DNA of 64,000 nucleotides from Azolla caroliniana (GCA_043228905.1 JBHGNT010000016.1:5332001-5396000), one strand, 5' to 3'; numbered from the stretch's first letter, positions 22,128 through 35,504 are shown. The notes: generated by a model not told the origin, from the letters alone. Numbers and translations are program-made.

Positions 22128-25100
22128 ACAAATTCTACATCGACAACATTTGTCCCATCAAAGGGCATTGCTATTCCTTTTAATCCAACCTCTTCAACAG
22201 TAAAAAAACAAACTCATCGCTTCAGGAAATTTGGACAACCTTGTCGTACACTTCAGGAAATTTGAAAGTCATCACCTTTAACCCCTACTGCCAAAATAGA
22301 ACTGCACGTTGAATTATACAGAGAAGACATGCTTTTTCAAAGTCTAGTAGCAAAATCACTAAATCCTCTTTTTTCTTACAAGCCAAGGCAATGGCTTCCC
22401 AAAAAAAGAACAAATTATCTAGTGTACTTCTCTCCTGAATAAAACCAGTTTGGGTGATATGAATCCAATTATGTAAGAAAGGTTGCACTCTCAATGACAA
22501 TGTTTTTGCGAAGATTTTATATATTGTATTTAGCAAAGTTATTGGTCTCCATTTTCTAATATCATTTGATATACCCTCAACCTTAGGTATTAAATAAATC
22601 AAGCCAACTGCCATACTAGGAGGCATGTACCCAGTGTCAAAAATTCTTTGATAAGCTTTTATTAAGTCTTGCCCAATATATTCCCAATATTTGAGGAAAA
22701 AATGTGGAGTAATTCCATCCTCCCCTGGACAAGGCATAAGACTTAAAGCTCTAATTGCATTATGTATTTCCATAATGTCAAAGGGCTTAAGTAATGCAAC
22801 CTTCATTTCATTTGTGACTTTAGGCTTAATTTTGTCCCACACGCATTTCCTACTTGTGTGAACAGATTCGGTAGCAACCCCATCAACCAACAATTTAGCA
22901 TAATAAGTAGTAGCAATTTGTACAATTTCTGACTCATCTTCTAGTAAGGAGCCATCTTCTCTCCTTAGTTGTTTAATCCCTACTACTGACCATTTTGGTG
23001 CAGCTTCGGAAAAAAACATCTTGTTTACTCTGTCACTTACTTGTTTCCATTTTGAAGCAGAAGCTTGATATTGTAATTGTAAAATGTTGTCCTCAATATT
23101 TCTTAATTCCCATTTCGCATTATGTAAAGCATTTGCCGCCCATTCACAAAATGGATCCCTTTCTTGAAAATGTTGCAACGATGTTAAGGCACAATGCATA
23201 CTGATAATTTTTTGTGTATATCTTTCCCTTTTCCCCTGTGCCTAAGAGATTAAGAAACTACTAATATGTGATATTGCCAAGGCCACATTATCTTCCACAT
23301 TTCCAATTTGCAATTAAGTTTGTCTCCATATATACATAACTTGTTCAGTAATTATGGATTCTGTAAACAATTCCGGTGGAATCCTTAATCTCCCTTGTTG
23401 CTTACGTTTTTCCCCATCATTAAGTTGTAATACAACTGGGGCATGATCGGAGAAAGTCATACCTGGATAAATGCCAACACTCCCTCCTATCTCCGCAAAT
23501 AAATCACCAACATAAATCCTATCAATTCTTGACAGATTTGCCCCATTTAATCTTCTATCAGACCTAGAAAACATTAAAGAATTATGCAATTTTCCAAAGG
23601 ATGGTAAATGCCAAACATCCAACAACCTTCTAGTTATAGTAAATTTTTCCCATGTGGATAAATTCTAAACCATGCACTGTTGCTCCACCATCACCACTCC
23701 TATCCTCGTGATCCTTAATCATATTAATGTCTCCTGTTATACACCAATGATCTACAACTGGCAATGAACTATCCAATTCAATCCACATCTGTAATCGTTC
23801 TCTAGAATAATTAGGAGCATACAAATTCAGAAAGCCAACCTTTTTATTATGAAATTTCATGATAACATATTGTGCTCTTCCTAACAACAAATTTCCTACA
23901 TCCAACATCTTTACTTTCCATATATCACAAATAGCGATACATAATCCACCTTGAAGTTGTGTTGATCCATATGCTGGAACTCACAACATTTCCCAGTTTC
24001 CAGGCAATAATGAACTATAGACTTTAGTACACCTTTCATTAAAATGATGTTCTTGTAACATCACTATGTCCACATGCCCAATTATACATTTACGCAACAC
24101 TTGCCGAAATCTCCATTTATATTGTTTACATAAGGATCCCCCAAGACCCTGAACATTCCAAGAAATAATCTTCATATTTACACAAATTTGGACAATAATC
24201 TTTTTTCTTGCAAACATCGATTCCTGTCTTCTTGAGACATCTTGAGACTTAATCATTCTTCTAAAAGAGATGTGATCTTTACTAAATGCATTAGTCTGCT
24301 TATGTACTCTCTGAATGGAAATCTTACTATCACTTGAAAATGTTCAACTAATGATTTTGTGGAAGTTCTCCAATCATTAGCATCCTTCATGAAAGGATTA
24401 TGATCCTTCGGCAAATGCTTGGACATGGATCTTGTCCACCTCCCTTCAAACGAAGGCAAGGGTCCAATGTCAAGTTGGTAGTTCCCCTACAATCTCTTGT
24501 CCATTCATTGTTTCCGATACATTAATAAGAATGAGAGTATTCTCGGCATATAAAACGATTTCGCGACCACATCCTTCCTGATGTTCTTTATTATATACTT
24601 GAACGTCAAGTTTACGATCATTTGGTCTTGATTGTATTCCATCCACAATCTCCTTGCCAAGACCTCTATTGCTAGGTACTTCCATATTTCCCAAATCTTC
24701 AATCATTTGACTTTGTCCATCTTCTACGTTCGTTAAAAAATTGTATATATTATCCTTAGGTTGCCATTTGAATTTATCATGTGTTTTTTGGCAACTTGAA
24801 CCCAAGAGCCACCAACACTTGTTTGTGGCTCATTATTTACAACATGTATCAGCCCTTTCCTTGACAAGGAACATTCCTTAGCTAAATGTCCCGTTCTTTT
24901 ACATAAAAAACATTGTTTTGGTAACCCAACATATAAATTTTTTTGTCTCTTTCCACATCCCCCATTTTTCAAACAAGGTAATTTCACATATTCCGGCAAC
25001 GGTTTTCCTCTAGTACATAATAATTTAACTGTTGGTATTCCAAATATTTGTCCGTCTTTGTTATGTATATAGGCACTCCAATTAAACCCCCTAATTGATG

Positions 25101-25612
25101 CAATAGATGATGACATTCCTTTGGCAATCCCGGAAAACTCGCAGTTAAAACTAAAAAATCATGTTGGGTCTCTCTCATAGGGTCAAAACCATGTTTCCAT
25201 TCCTGAAATTTCACTCATGCTCCTCGTATATCAACAAATTTCATAGCAAGTAATACCTGGACAGATGCCTCATCTTCAAACTCGACATGATAATAGCCTC
25301 TTCCTAGAAATTGCATATCTTCAATACGGCCAATTTCAGCCTGCAATCGAGCCTCTAGCAAATGCCTGGACGATTTGGCCGAAGACCTAAAACTTGTATA
25401 ATTAGAGAAATTAGTTGCAATGGGTGGATCTCTTCTCTCATCTGTACTTGTTCTTGCTCTGATAGCTGAAGCTCAACCATTAGCCCCACAACAGGATGAA
25501 AATCGGGAAGCGATTCACAAGATCCTCCCACTGTCGTAGTTGCCTAGGCCTTTGTCGTTTTCTCAGCCATGCTCTATGCTCTCGTTTTCTTTGTTTTATG
25601 TATAGTTGTGTT

Positions 25613-25780
25613 ACAAGTTAATTACCATGTTAAAAGAGTTGATGGGATACTTTTTTTGTAAATGAGGGGATGGGGACTATGATCACTTTGGTGAGACGAC
25701 CACAATGAGTTTTGCTGAAATTTGATGTACTTTGTTTGCTAACTAATACAAAGCAGTGTGTTTTTTGGAAGAAAAAAAAA
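25613..25780 (+). mobile_element. 3' UTR and poly(A) tail of LINE-A
   Basis: Continues from the second LINE-B TSD copy and ends ...CTAATACAAAGCAGTGTGTTTTTTGGAAGAAAAAAAAA, resembling the other LINE 3' ends in the window. Confidence 0.7.
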
Positions 25781-26245
25781 CAAGCAATCATTTGTTGGAC
25801 ATTTGAACACTCGTATATAAATGTATAAAGCCAATGCTTTCACGTTTTTTTATAGCGTTACAACTTGGTCGTATTTGCTTGAGAAAACAAACCTTCTCCA
25901 GCATAACATCTTAGGGCACATTAGTGTCTTTGCTGCAAATAATATTAAACTAAGAGAGCCTTCATTGCATTCATCGAGAGTTGCATGCCTAGCTTGTGAA
26001 TGCACTAAGCTTTGTAAATTTATGGATCCAATCTTTTGCATTGGCATGATAAGCTATCATTATTTGATGGAATGTTGACATTATTAGTTATGGGATTGTT
26101 TCATTGTATTGTCACCATGAGCTTAAAACCTCGTTTGATATACAATGCCACACATGTGTCTGCTTTGAAACTTCTTCCCATCTTTGTAGTTTGATATTAT
26201 AGAATGAAATAGCAATTAGAGAGATTCCATATAGATGACAATCTT

Positions 26246-28576
26246 CTTCTTTTTTTCCAAAAACATCTACTACCATTAGTTAAGAATGTACAAAGGAATC
26301 ATTTACAACTCATATCTTACAAGACATCTTGCATGTCAAAGGAAAACAATGTGTAGATGAAACAACATAAAAAACAACTCCAAAACACCACATCATTCTA
26401 TGTGTATAGCATTACTCGAACACATATTCTCCACGTGAGCCTCATACAAAACAGAATTCAGCATAGATGTCCTCCATTCGCTCCTCATGGCAGCACCCAT
26501 CTAGATGTTAGGAACACTTGGAGGGAACAGCCACTGCGGTGGTTGATAATTCCACTTCACTTTACCATCCATTATCTGCAGCATCGACGAACCACTCCAT
26601 TTCCGAAGGAATCGAGCTCTAGCTTCTTCACTTGCATCAGATGGCCCTTGAAGACTTTCAAACTCACCTCGCAACGTAGAAATAAGATTAAACCATATCA
26701 TCATTAAATTCTCAGCCGGTGGGGTTCGTTTACCTGCGAGGGTCTCCTTGCACCGAGATACCCACACTTGCCAGACCGTAAGGCCGACCACTAATACCCA
26801 TATGTCCACGTAGCGTTCTTGTAAGAAGAATAAACCTCCTTGCGTTGCTGGTTGCACAGATCCTTGATTCACCATTAAAGAAGGACTGTTTCCATTCCAC
26901 CCTTGAAACCACGAGACCGATTCAATGGCCAACCAAGTGATTGCTGCGCTCGATACATGAACCTCAACCTCAAAACGAGCCAAGATTCTTAAGCTCCTCA
27001 GCCAGATTTCTTGCGCTCGTGGGCAGCACCACAAACAATGAGCGATGTCCTCCAAGCTCGCACTACACGCCTTGCAACCACTCATGCCGCCTCTATTCCC
27101 AAGCCACTCTCCCGTTGGAATAGCCCGATGGGTGATTAACCAGAAAAACACTACACGCCTTGCAACCACTCATGCCGCCTCTATTCCCAAGCCACTCTCC
27201 CGTTGGAACAGCCCGATGGGTGATTAACCAGAAAAACACTTTGATCCGCTCGGGAAGGGATGAGTTCCATATCCTGCTCCTGGTTCTATCCACGAAGACT
27301 GAATCGATAGCTGCATGGGTCCACTTGTTGGCACATTTCACGATACGAACCTAACTTTCTCCCCAAGCGCGTCGAGTATTCGAAGAAACCTAGTGATTTA
27401 GCTTGTTCTCCCTTCCACCTATATTCAGCGGGATCCCATTCTACGCGCTCGAGAGGCTTGCCTTCAACCACGTACAAGATCCAATCCTCCTCGACCTCTT
27501 CGACTGGTGGATTCACCTTCCATTTCTTTCCGTGTCTTGCCACAATTCTAATAGGGTACCAACCTGCACTTTCATCTAATAATCCCATCAGGACGGTCTT
27601 CCCACTCTTTCCTAGACCCCTGACATTGATAATATTTCCGGTACCATCACATTGTCCAGACCATTCACCCTCTTCCTCATTACCAATAGGAAGCGAGGAG
27701 ACAGTTGTATAACCTACGTCAAGCATCTTTCTGCCATTTCGGACCTTTCCCATGTCTTCATATAATTGATCACGATTACTGCCGGACAACCGCAGCCAAT
27801 CAGCCACCGAGTGTATCCCTAGATAATGCAATATAGCCCACGGCATGCGCTTGCTTTGTCCAAGCATCATTCCTTCTGGTGATTGCACGGTCTCGTTCCA
27901 CAATAGGGGTTGGCGCATCCATTCAGCACTAGTACTTGGACGATTCCGACTTAGATGCCCACGAAGCATACTCCACGCCTGCATCACTGACATACAAGTA
28001 CGATCAGCCAATCGGTTAGATTTCCTCAATTTTAAGTCCATGCAAAAAGGCCACGCTTTGTGTGACTTCCATTGCCCACCCAGTCTTGGACTCCATAGAA
28101 TGCTCCTATTATGTATCAATGTTTTCCATAACTCATCACCGGGTAGCAAGCTTCTTACCAATATCTTACATAACAATGCCTGACTCTGCAATCCAGGGTC
28201 AACCAATCCTAAACCCCCCTTACTCTTGGGAAGAATCAATGTGGACCATGATACTTTGGCTGCCGCATTGTCTTTCCTCATCCCAGCCCAAAGAAATCCC
28301 CTAATACACGCTTTAACAGTACGAATAACTTGTTTGTCAAACATCCACACTGAAACTGCATGCCATAATGTAGACAAAAGCACATGGTTAGCTACTATGA
28401 TCCTGCCAGCCAATGATAAGTTCACCCTTGACCAGTTGCGAATTTTGTCACAGATTTTGCTTTGAATATGCTGCAGCTGAATTCCCTTGTCAATATCTAC
28501 CCCAATCCACGTTCCCAGATACCTAGTGGGTTCCTCGTTTGCAATCCATTTGAATTCAGCATTTGGCTTCCAAACT
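26246..28576 (-). mobile_element. 5'-truncated L1-type LINE (LINE-C)
   Basis: ORFs 27286-28425 (LSLAGR...GGLGL), 27093-27341 and 26501-27169 (zf-RVT, WNYQPPQWLFPP). T-run at about 26250. Possible short TSD CAATCTT at 26239-26245 and 28577-28583. Confidence 0.88.
27061..27240. repeat. 88-bp tandem duplication inside LINE-C
   Basis: Copies start at 27061 and 27149, with 1 mismatch seen and CACT microhomology at the junction. Confidence 0.9.
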
Positions 28577-29517
28577 CAATCTTAATGTGTGTATTTACTC
28601 AATTATTATTATTTTACTCGTTTGTTTTTTACTTTGGAAGATCAACTTTCCTCTAGGAGGATAATCAAGTGTATTGTAAAAAAACAAATTTTCTATTCAT
28701 TTTTGTTAATGGGGACTCTAGATGGTGTAGTTGGCTATCACACTAGAGGTCTCCAATTGGAGGCGAGATTGGATAAGTAAAGATGCTGAATAGAACGAGT
28801 AGAGTGTTTTGTATTGTTCTTTTCAGAATTGACCTATTCTATTTTTGTAAATCATAATCATATATTCCCTAAAAATAAGTGCAAATCATGCATATCTCAT
28901 AAGGAAGGCAAAAATAAGTCCAAGGTTTGAACTTAAAGATGTTAATTAGAATGAGAAGAGTGTTTTGTGTTGTTCTTCTCAAAATTTACATATTTGTGTA
29001 TATAATAGTCATGTATTCCCTAAACATCAGTTCAAATCATAAATGTATCATAGTAAGTTGAAACCATGAATGTATCATACACAAGGCAAACATAAGTATT
29101 CATTTCTTGCCCCCATGAGTGTAACGGAAGAACGTGTGTCATTCGATGAATGGGTAAATACCCCATTTTTGTTGTAAACCAATTGTCTCATGGGCCATTT
29201 TTGGTCTTAGATTACGTTAATATATCTTTCTTTCTTTCTTTCTTTCTCTTTCTTCTTCTTCTTCTTCTTTTCTTTTGGTGATGGCCATTATGAGAAGGCG
29301 CAGCAACAAACAATTCTCGATAGCATCTAACTAACCCACAAAGCGCGTCATGCGATAATAGAATCATTGCACAATGTAAAGCTTTAAAAAAATACGACAC
29401 GAACTGGCCTTTATGATCGACAAATGTGCTTCACTCAACTTTCACCATAAAAACGTTCCATAAGGTCATATTTCAATAAACCATGGGTTGTTTCCCCTAT
29501 TGATTATTCAGTTATAA

Positions 29518-29764
29518 GTTCTTCTTCTTCTTCTTCTTCTTCTTCTTCTTCTTCTTCATTTCCTTCTATGTTTCTATTGCTCCTCTTTCCTACATAACAT
29601 ACATGCAACACATACATACATACAAATTTACAATGATACATACATAGCATAATAACATAACATAACAATATGTACATTACATACATACATATACACATTA
29701 TACGTACATACATACGTACATATACAGTATACTGTATACGTATATACGTACATACATACATACG
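29518..29764. repeat. (TTC)n and degenerate (TACA)n microsatellites upstream of the PPR gene
   Basis: Directly visible. Confidence 0.85.
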
Positions 29765-29787
29765 CCGTCGTCTCCCTGCCCACGGTA

Positions 29788-30065
29788 ATGGCGTTCTCCG
29801 CTTCCACTTCTACTCCCTTCGGCTTCTTCTGTGGCGTCTCTTCTTCTTCTTCTTCTTCTTCTTCTTCTTCTGTGGCATCTCCTTCGTCACCGTCTTCAGT
29901 CTCTGATAGCGTGGGGCAGAGCTACTCTCCAGCTCCATCATCGTCACTGTCGCGGTCGTCGTCACGGAAAGTCTCTTCATTCCAGCCATCGTTACCCCGA
30001 TCTGACAGGTTCGAGAGAGCGAGAGATAGTAGATAGAGTGAGTGAGTGAGAGATAGTTAGTTAGT

Positions 30066-30097
<32 letters not shown>

Positions 30098-32126
30098 GAG
30101 GTGCTCAATGTATCTCCTAAATTTGTTCTTGAATGTCAGTCACCTCAAAATTCTTGTCAAAATGAAATCTAATGAGAGAGAATCGAGATATGTTTACGGT
30201 AGCTTCTAACTTAAGTCTAACTACATGTGGTGAAGACAGCCGAGGGTGCATTTGCCCTTAGCAAATACTGACCACTATGCATCTTTGTTGCGTGAATGCA
30301 TCATCAACAATGACATTACAGAAGGTATGAAAGTTCATGACTCCATTGTACAAGTCAATCTCGATGGCGATCGTTACCTTGGAAACATACTTGTCGAAAT
30401 GTATGACAAATGTGGTGGTCTTTTGGAAGCACGTCTCACCTTCGATAGGTTGAAGGATAAGAATGTCTATACGTGGAATAACATGATTGCAGCATATACC
30501 CGCCATGGACATGATGAAGAGGCATTACATCTTTTCCATGAAATGCTCCATCTGGTGTTGCCATCCCCCTTTACGTTTACGTTTGCCTTGGGGGCATGTA
30601 GCAACATGGAGGTTCTAGATGAGGGTAGATTTGTTCATGATAATGCTATACATGGTGGACTTGATGGCGATATCAATGTTGGAACAGCACTCATCCATAT
30701 GTATGGAAAATGTGGGAATATAATTGATGCTGAAAGAGTGTTTCACAGATTACATGACCATAACATCGTTACATATACTGCCATGATGGCTTCGTATTTG
30801 CACCAGAGTAAAAACCAAGAAGCTCTAGAGATATTTAGGAGTATGATAAAAATGAGGATAATTCTGGATGAGTTTTCTTTTACCACTGCACTTGGAGCAT
30901 GCGTAGGGTTAAATGGCATAGAAGACGGAATATTTGTTCACGCTACCATTGTATGTGCAGGTTTTGATTCGAATTCTGTCATTGAATCAGCACTTGTGAA
31001 GATGTATGGAGAACATGGTCAGTTTGAGTATGCAAAGATTGTATTTGCCAAGTCACATGAAAGAAATGTTGCATTATTTACTTCCTTGATTACAATCTGT
31101 GTGCAATTAGAATACAACGAGTATGTGCTCGAAATTTTCATGAAGATGTTAGATGAGAGTTTGGAACCGAATGAGTTGACATATGTTAGCGTTATTACTG
31201 CCTGTGCAATATCAACATCTCTGCTAGATGGTAAGGTAATACATCACATGATAGTATGCAATGGGCTAGAATCAAACTTTATCCTAGCAAGTGCCATTGT
31301 CAACATGTTTGGAAAATGTGGGTGTCTTGATGACGCACACTGCGTGTTTGAGAAAATATCCCAGCGTACCATTGTCACGTGGAATACCTTGATCACAGCA
31401 TACACTCAGCAAGGGTATGGAAAAGAGGTTCTAAATCTATACAGCCAAATGCAACTACAGGGTGTTAGGCCCACGGAGGTCACATTTATCAATGTACTTT
31501 CTGCATGTGGAACACTTTCATATTTATCTGAGGGGAAATCAATCCACATGAACATATCCAAGCATGGGTTGGAGTCACATCACATAGTTGGAAATGCCCT
31601 CATTAGTATGTATGGAAAATGTGGAAGCTTGATTGATGCTTTTGATACTTTCAGAAGGATGGATAATCGGGATATCATCTCATGGAATGCCATCCTTGCT
31701 GCATGTACTCAACATGGAGATCATAGCGAGGTTTTCGAATTATTTGAACAAATGTGCCATCAAGGAGTGACGCCAGATGACATTACCTTCATCAGTATAT
31801 TGTCTGCTTGTAGTCGTGCTGGCCTTGTTCTTCAAGGTTTGCAATATTTCTTTTCAATGAGTGAAGACTTTGGTATAGAACCAAGAATGGAGCACTATGG
31901 ATGTGTGATTGATCTTCTGGGACGAGCGGGACAGCTGGAAAAGGTAGAGGATTTTATCAAGAAAATGCCTATTTCACCAGACTCTGTGGCATGGAAAAGC
32001 TTCTTGGCTGCCTGTACTTTGCATTGTGATAGGGAGAAGGGACAACTTGTTGCTGAAAGTGTCTTTGGTCCTGATACCAAGGAAGCTCCACCATACATAC
32101 TATTATCAAACATATGCATACAATAG
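29788..32126 (+). CDS. PLS-class pentatricopeptide repeat protein ending in a partial E domain (no DYW); organelle-targeted RNA-editing-type factor. Predicted exons 29788-30008 and 30236-32126
   Basis: Repeated P-L-S triplets (MYGKCG...A..VF, WN..I.AY, P...TF...L.AC), then HYGCVIDLLGRAG and the E motif W.SFLAAC..H...YILLSN. The upstream Ser-rich ORF looks like a transit peptide. AG|GT at 30008/9 and AAG| at 30235 join in frame, with CTAAC branch-like motifs at about 30206 and 30217. The exon 1 link is an inference. Confidence 0.88.
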
Positions 32127-32545
32127 ATGACATATGAAGGTGTCAATTTGGGAGTCATTTAATCTAAGAAAACTTGAATCATTTAAAAAACAAGAATCTT
32201 CAGGAGGTCCTTCACATGCACTATTAAAAGGCGTATTCACACAATAGATGACATGTAAAAGGATCAATTCAGGAGCCATTTTGTCATAGATGAATTGAAT
32301 CATTAAAAATTTCTTCAGAAGCTCGACCATACATTCTATTGTCAAGCATGTGCACACTATTGATGACATTCTATTATCAAGCATGTACACACTATTGATG
32401 ACATTCTATTGTCAACCATGTGCACACTATTGATGACATTCTATTATCAAGCATGTACACACTATTGATGACATTCTATTGTCAACCATGTGCACACTAT
32501 CAATGACATATAAAGGGATCAAATATGGAGCAATTTTGAATCAAC
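32080..32545 (+). repeat. Tandem copies of the PPR C-terminal/stop region: three roughly 120-bp units, the last holding a 5 x 35-bp array
   Basis: Unit CATTCTATTGTCAAGCATGTGCACACTATTGATGA repeated at 32332-32506 resembles the last PPR codons CATACTATTATCAAACATATGCATACAATAGATGA. Confidence 0.85.
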
Positions 32546-33338
32546 GACAAGTAAAATTTTTAGGTGATCATGCTGTTGCTTGTGGGGTTTGTCTGTCCCA
32601 GAAAAGCAAATGCTTATTTACTTGTGTCCTGCCATATAAAGGACTCATTAATTACTTCTTGTCCATTCAAGGCAAAGGGTGAGAGGTAATTCACAGAGTA
32701 GTATAGACATAGCTGACACATAGGCTCACACATGGAAAATCTGTTCATGTTACACTGCTTCTCTAGTCTTTGAGTAAAAACAATTTGAACTACACAAGAT
32801 GATGTCTGAAAAACAAGGAATCATATCTGGAGTTTGTTAAAGCAATTATTTACACACGTATAATGTTGTGATATCATTAAAAAACAAAACTTGAGTTCAT
32901 TTCCATGCTCTCCTTGTATCTTTCCTTCTTTTTTGTGGATAGCAATCAACAACTGAGTCTTATTGCATGTTGTGAGACAAATGGCCAAGAAAAGTAGCCC
33001 TTTAGATTTGTTATAATCATGGAAACAGATTTGGACTTTCATTTTAAATAGATGTAATGTATACTGGAAAACACTATTACATTTTTATTTTGTGGATAAT
33101 ATTCAACTCTAGTAAATCTTGTTTCACGCCACTAGGCGGCATAGAATTAGTTTTTGGCATTTCCAGAGCTAAGCTAGTTCTTCATATTAAGCACACCATC
33201 TAGTAATTGTTTACTTATCTAATCGCCAAGTATAGAAGCCCTTTTCAATTTGATATTTTGTCTAACTGCTGCAATGCATTATCGCATGTGCCATCTTTGG
33301 TTGTGTTTGCATGCTTACTTCACTTGAATGCTCTTGAA

Positions 33339-33339
<1 letters not shown>

Positions 33340-33390
<51 letters not shown>

Positions 33391-33403
33391 GAGAGAGAGA
33401 GAG
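33340..33403. repeat. (GT)n(GA)n microsatellite
   Basis: Directly visible. Confidence 0.95.
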
Positions 33404-33639
33404 AAGCACTCTTGTTATGTGCATGGAAACGATCATCTAGTAGAGAGCATTGTAATTCTTTGCAAAACGAGTTACTTGTGGCTTCTTCGTTATTATGTTG
33501 GCCTGGAAAGGAGAGATTGTGCTTTTAGTTTAATCGTTTGTTTCATTTGGGGGTCAAAGAGGTGAGAAATATAGTTGAGGCTCCATCTCAAAGAATTTTG
33601 GAGTTTGTTGAACCGCAATTATTACATATCTTGCCTATT

Positions 33640-34485
33640 TATAGGTTTATTTGGCAACAACTACAAAATATTGCATTGATGCAAGGTTCCTTACCTTTAC
33701 AAATAGAAAAATAACCATAGATTGATTAGTGTTTATGGGGTTAGACGTTGTTTTTACAAGTGACAACTAGTCTTTTGTATCGTTGCTCTGTTGAATGTCT
33801 TAAATGACTATCATCTAAGGCTGAAGAAGAAGGGAAAATACATAACTTTGATCATGGATGTTGGTAAGTCTTAAAACGTAGTTGAGATTCTAAATTGCCA
33901 CTTGTAGCAAAGGTCTTCATTTGGAGAGTTTTGATTGGGGGTTTGCTTTAAAGCAACATGGACTAATAACGGGCAATCGCTTCTTTTGCACTGTTCAAAT
34001 GGAAGATAATACTCCTCGTTTTATACAATGTTTGATTGCTTGTCAACTTTGGAGTTACACTTGTCAAATTTGGCAAGTTTTATCATAGTATTATTTGACG
34101 CCTAGATTGTGAATGTTTGCACAATTTACACAAGTTGACCCAAAATCAAAGATGGAGATCGTTGTCCTATTTTTGAGGTATTGGGGATTGCGTCATAATT
34201 GGGATATGCACAATGCTTTTGTACTTGATGGTAAGCATGGAGTGACAGCATATCTACAAACAAAAAGTGGAAGGGAATACTAATGTGACAATTTTCTTTA
34301 TTGGAGCAAGTGGAAATTCTTCCCTCAATGGAGTGTTCATCTTACCTATTGTCAATTCAACATGTTCCACTACCCATGTAATTTGTGGGTGACCATACCC
34401 TAATGTGACGCCCATTGTAAGTAGTGTTTTTCACACATTTATTAATATAAATTGTGTTTTCACACATACAAAAAAAGATATAAAG
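33640..34485 (+). mobile_element. Highly degenerate 5'-truncated LINE fragment
   Basis: zf-RVT-like remnant (LPLVAKVFIWRVLIG at about 33895-33940), A-rich end at about 34470, possible TSD CTTGCCTATT at 33630-33639 and 34486-34495. Confidence 0.55.
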
Positions 34486-35079
34486 CTTGCCTATTGAAGA
34501 TTGTAAAGTTTTTCACAAACATTTATTAATATTATTGTTTGTTATCACCCAACATATATATATATATATATACCAAAGATAAGAACTAAGTAAAGAAAGG
34601 GATATTACAATGATAAGCATATTCTTAATTAGATGTTAATGATCTATATAATCAACGCCCTATACAAAAAGGGAGCTTGGTTTACACAACTATCTTGTGG
34701 CTATCTTCTCACTCCTCGTCATGAAGAGAACGGCTGTGAAATGAGATATTATCCATTACATTGAATCCAACGCTTTTTCCCTTGCACATTGCAATGATGA
34801 TTATATTCTTACGACAAAAGGTATGACAAGGGAGGTGGTGGTGGCCCCTGACACATGCATGTGTCTATCGGCATGAGGCATGCATTCATTTTCATGGACC
34901 TTAAAAATGCAACACGTAAGGAAGATACCCTCTAGAGAAAACGTTGAAGCAACCAACTATAGTTGTGGACGTGGTAGCATGAGACAATGTAGTTTGTTTC
35001 GAAGAGGCCTCGAATGTAGTGGGTCATCTGCGGCTGCATGCTAGGGACATAGAAATGGCAAGCAGGTAAGTGTGGAGCA

Positions 35080-35242
35080 GGCCTGATAGCATGTTGGCTA
35101 GTGTGGAAGCACCCATGGAGGAACATGGCCCCCTCTCTAGATAGATGTGTATGCATATGTATATGTATATGTATATGTTGGCCCACGAGCATGTTGGCAA
35201 GTGTGGAGGCCCCCATGGAGGAACATGGCCCCCTCTCTATGC

Positions 35243-35323
<81 letters not shown>

Positions 35324-35412
35324 AGTGTATGTATATGTTGGCCCACGAGCATGTTGGCTTGTGTGGAGGTCCCCATGGAGGAACATGCCCTCTCTCTCTA
35401 GATAGATGCATA

Positions 35413-35504
<92 letters not shown>

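Larger units (their letters stand above)
7363..25596 (-). mobile_element. Near-full-length degenerate L1-type LINE (LINE-B), about 5.8 kb once the Copia at 9660-22127 is removed
   Basis: TSD TATGTATAGTTGTGTT at 7347-7362 and 25597-25612, T-run at 7361-7369. ORF1 remnants with zinc knuckle CFLCKRTGHLAKEC (about 24.9 kb). APE endonuclease motifs ISWNVQGL, MLQEHH, NLYAPN, GDINM, SRIDRIY, SDHAPV (23.3-24.2 kb). RT motifs PGEDG, WRPITLLN, LDFEKA, VRQGCP (22.2-23.2 kb). YLG, GGLG and zf-RVT remnants at 7.7-9.6 kb. Many stops and frameshifts. Confidence 0.92.

Noticed and set aside
32332-32506. 35-bp repeats resembling a CRISPR array
   Set aside because: The units are head-to-tail with no unique spacers and derive from the PPR 3' end; the context is eukaryotic with no cas genes.
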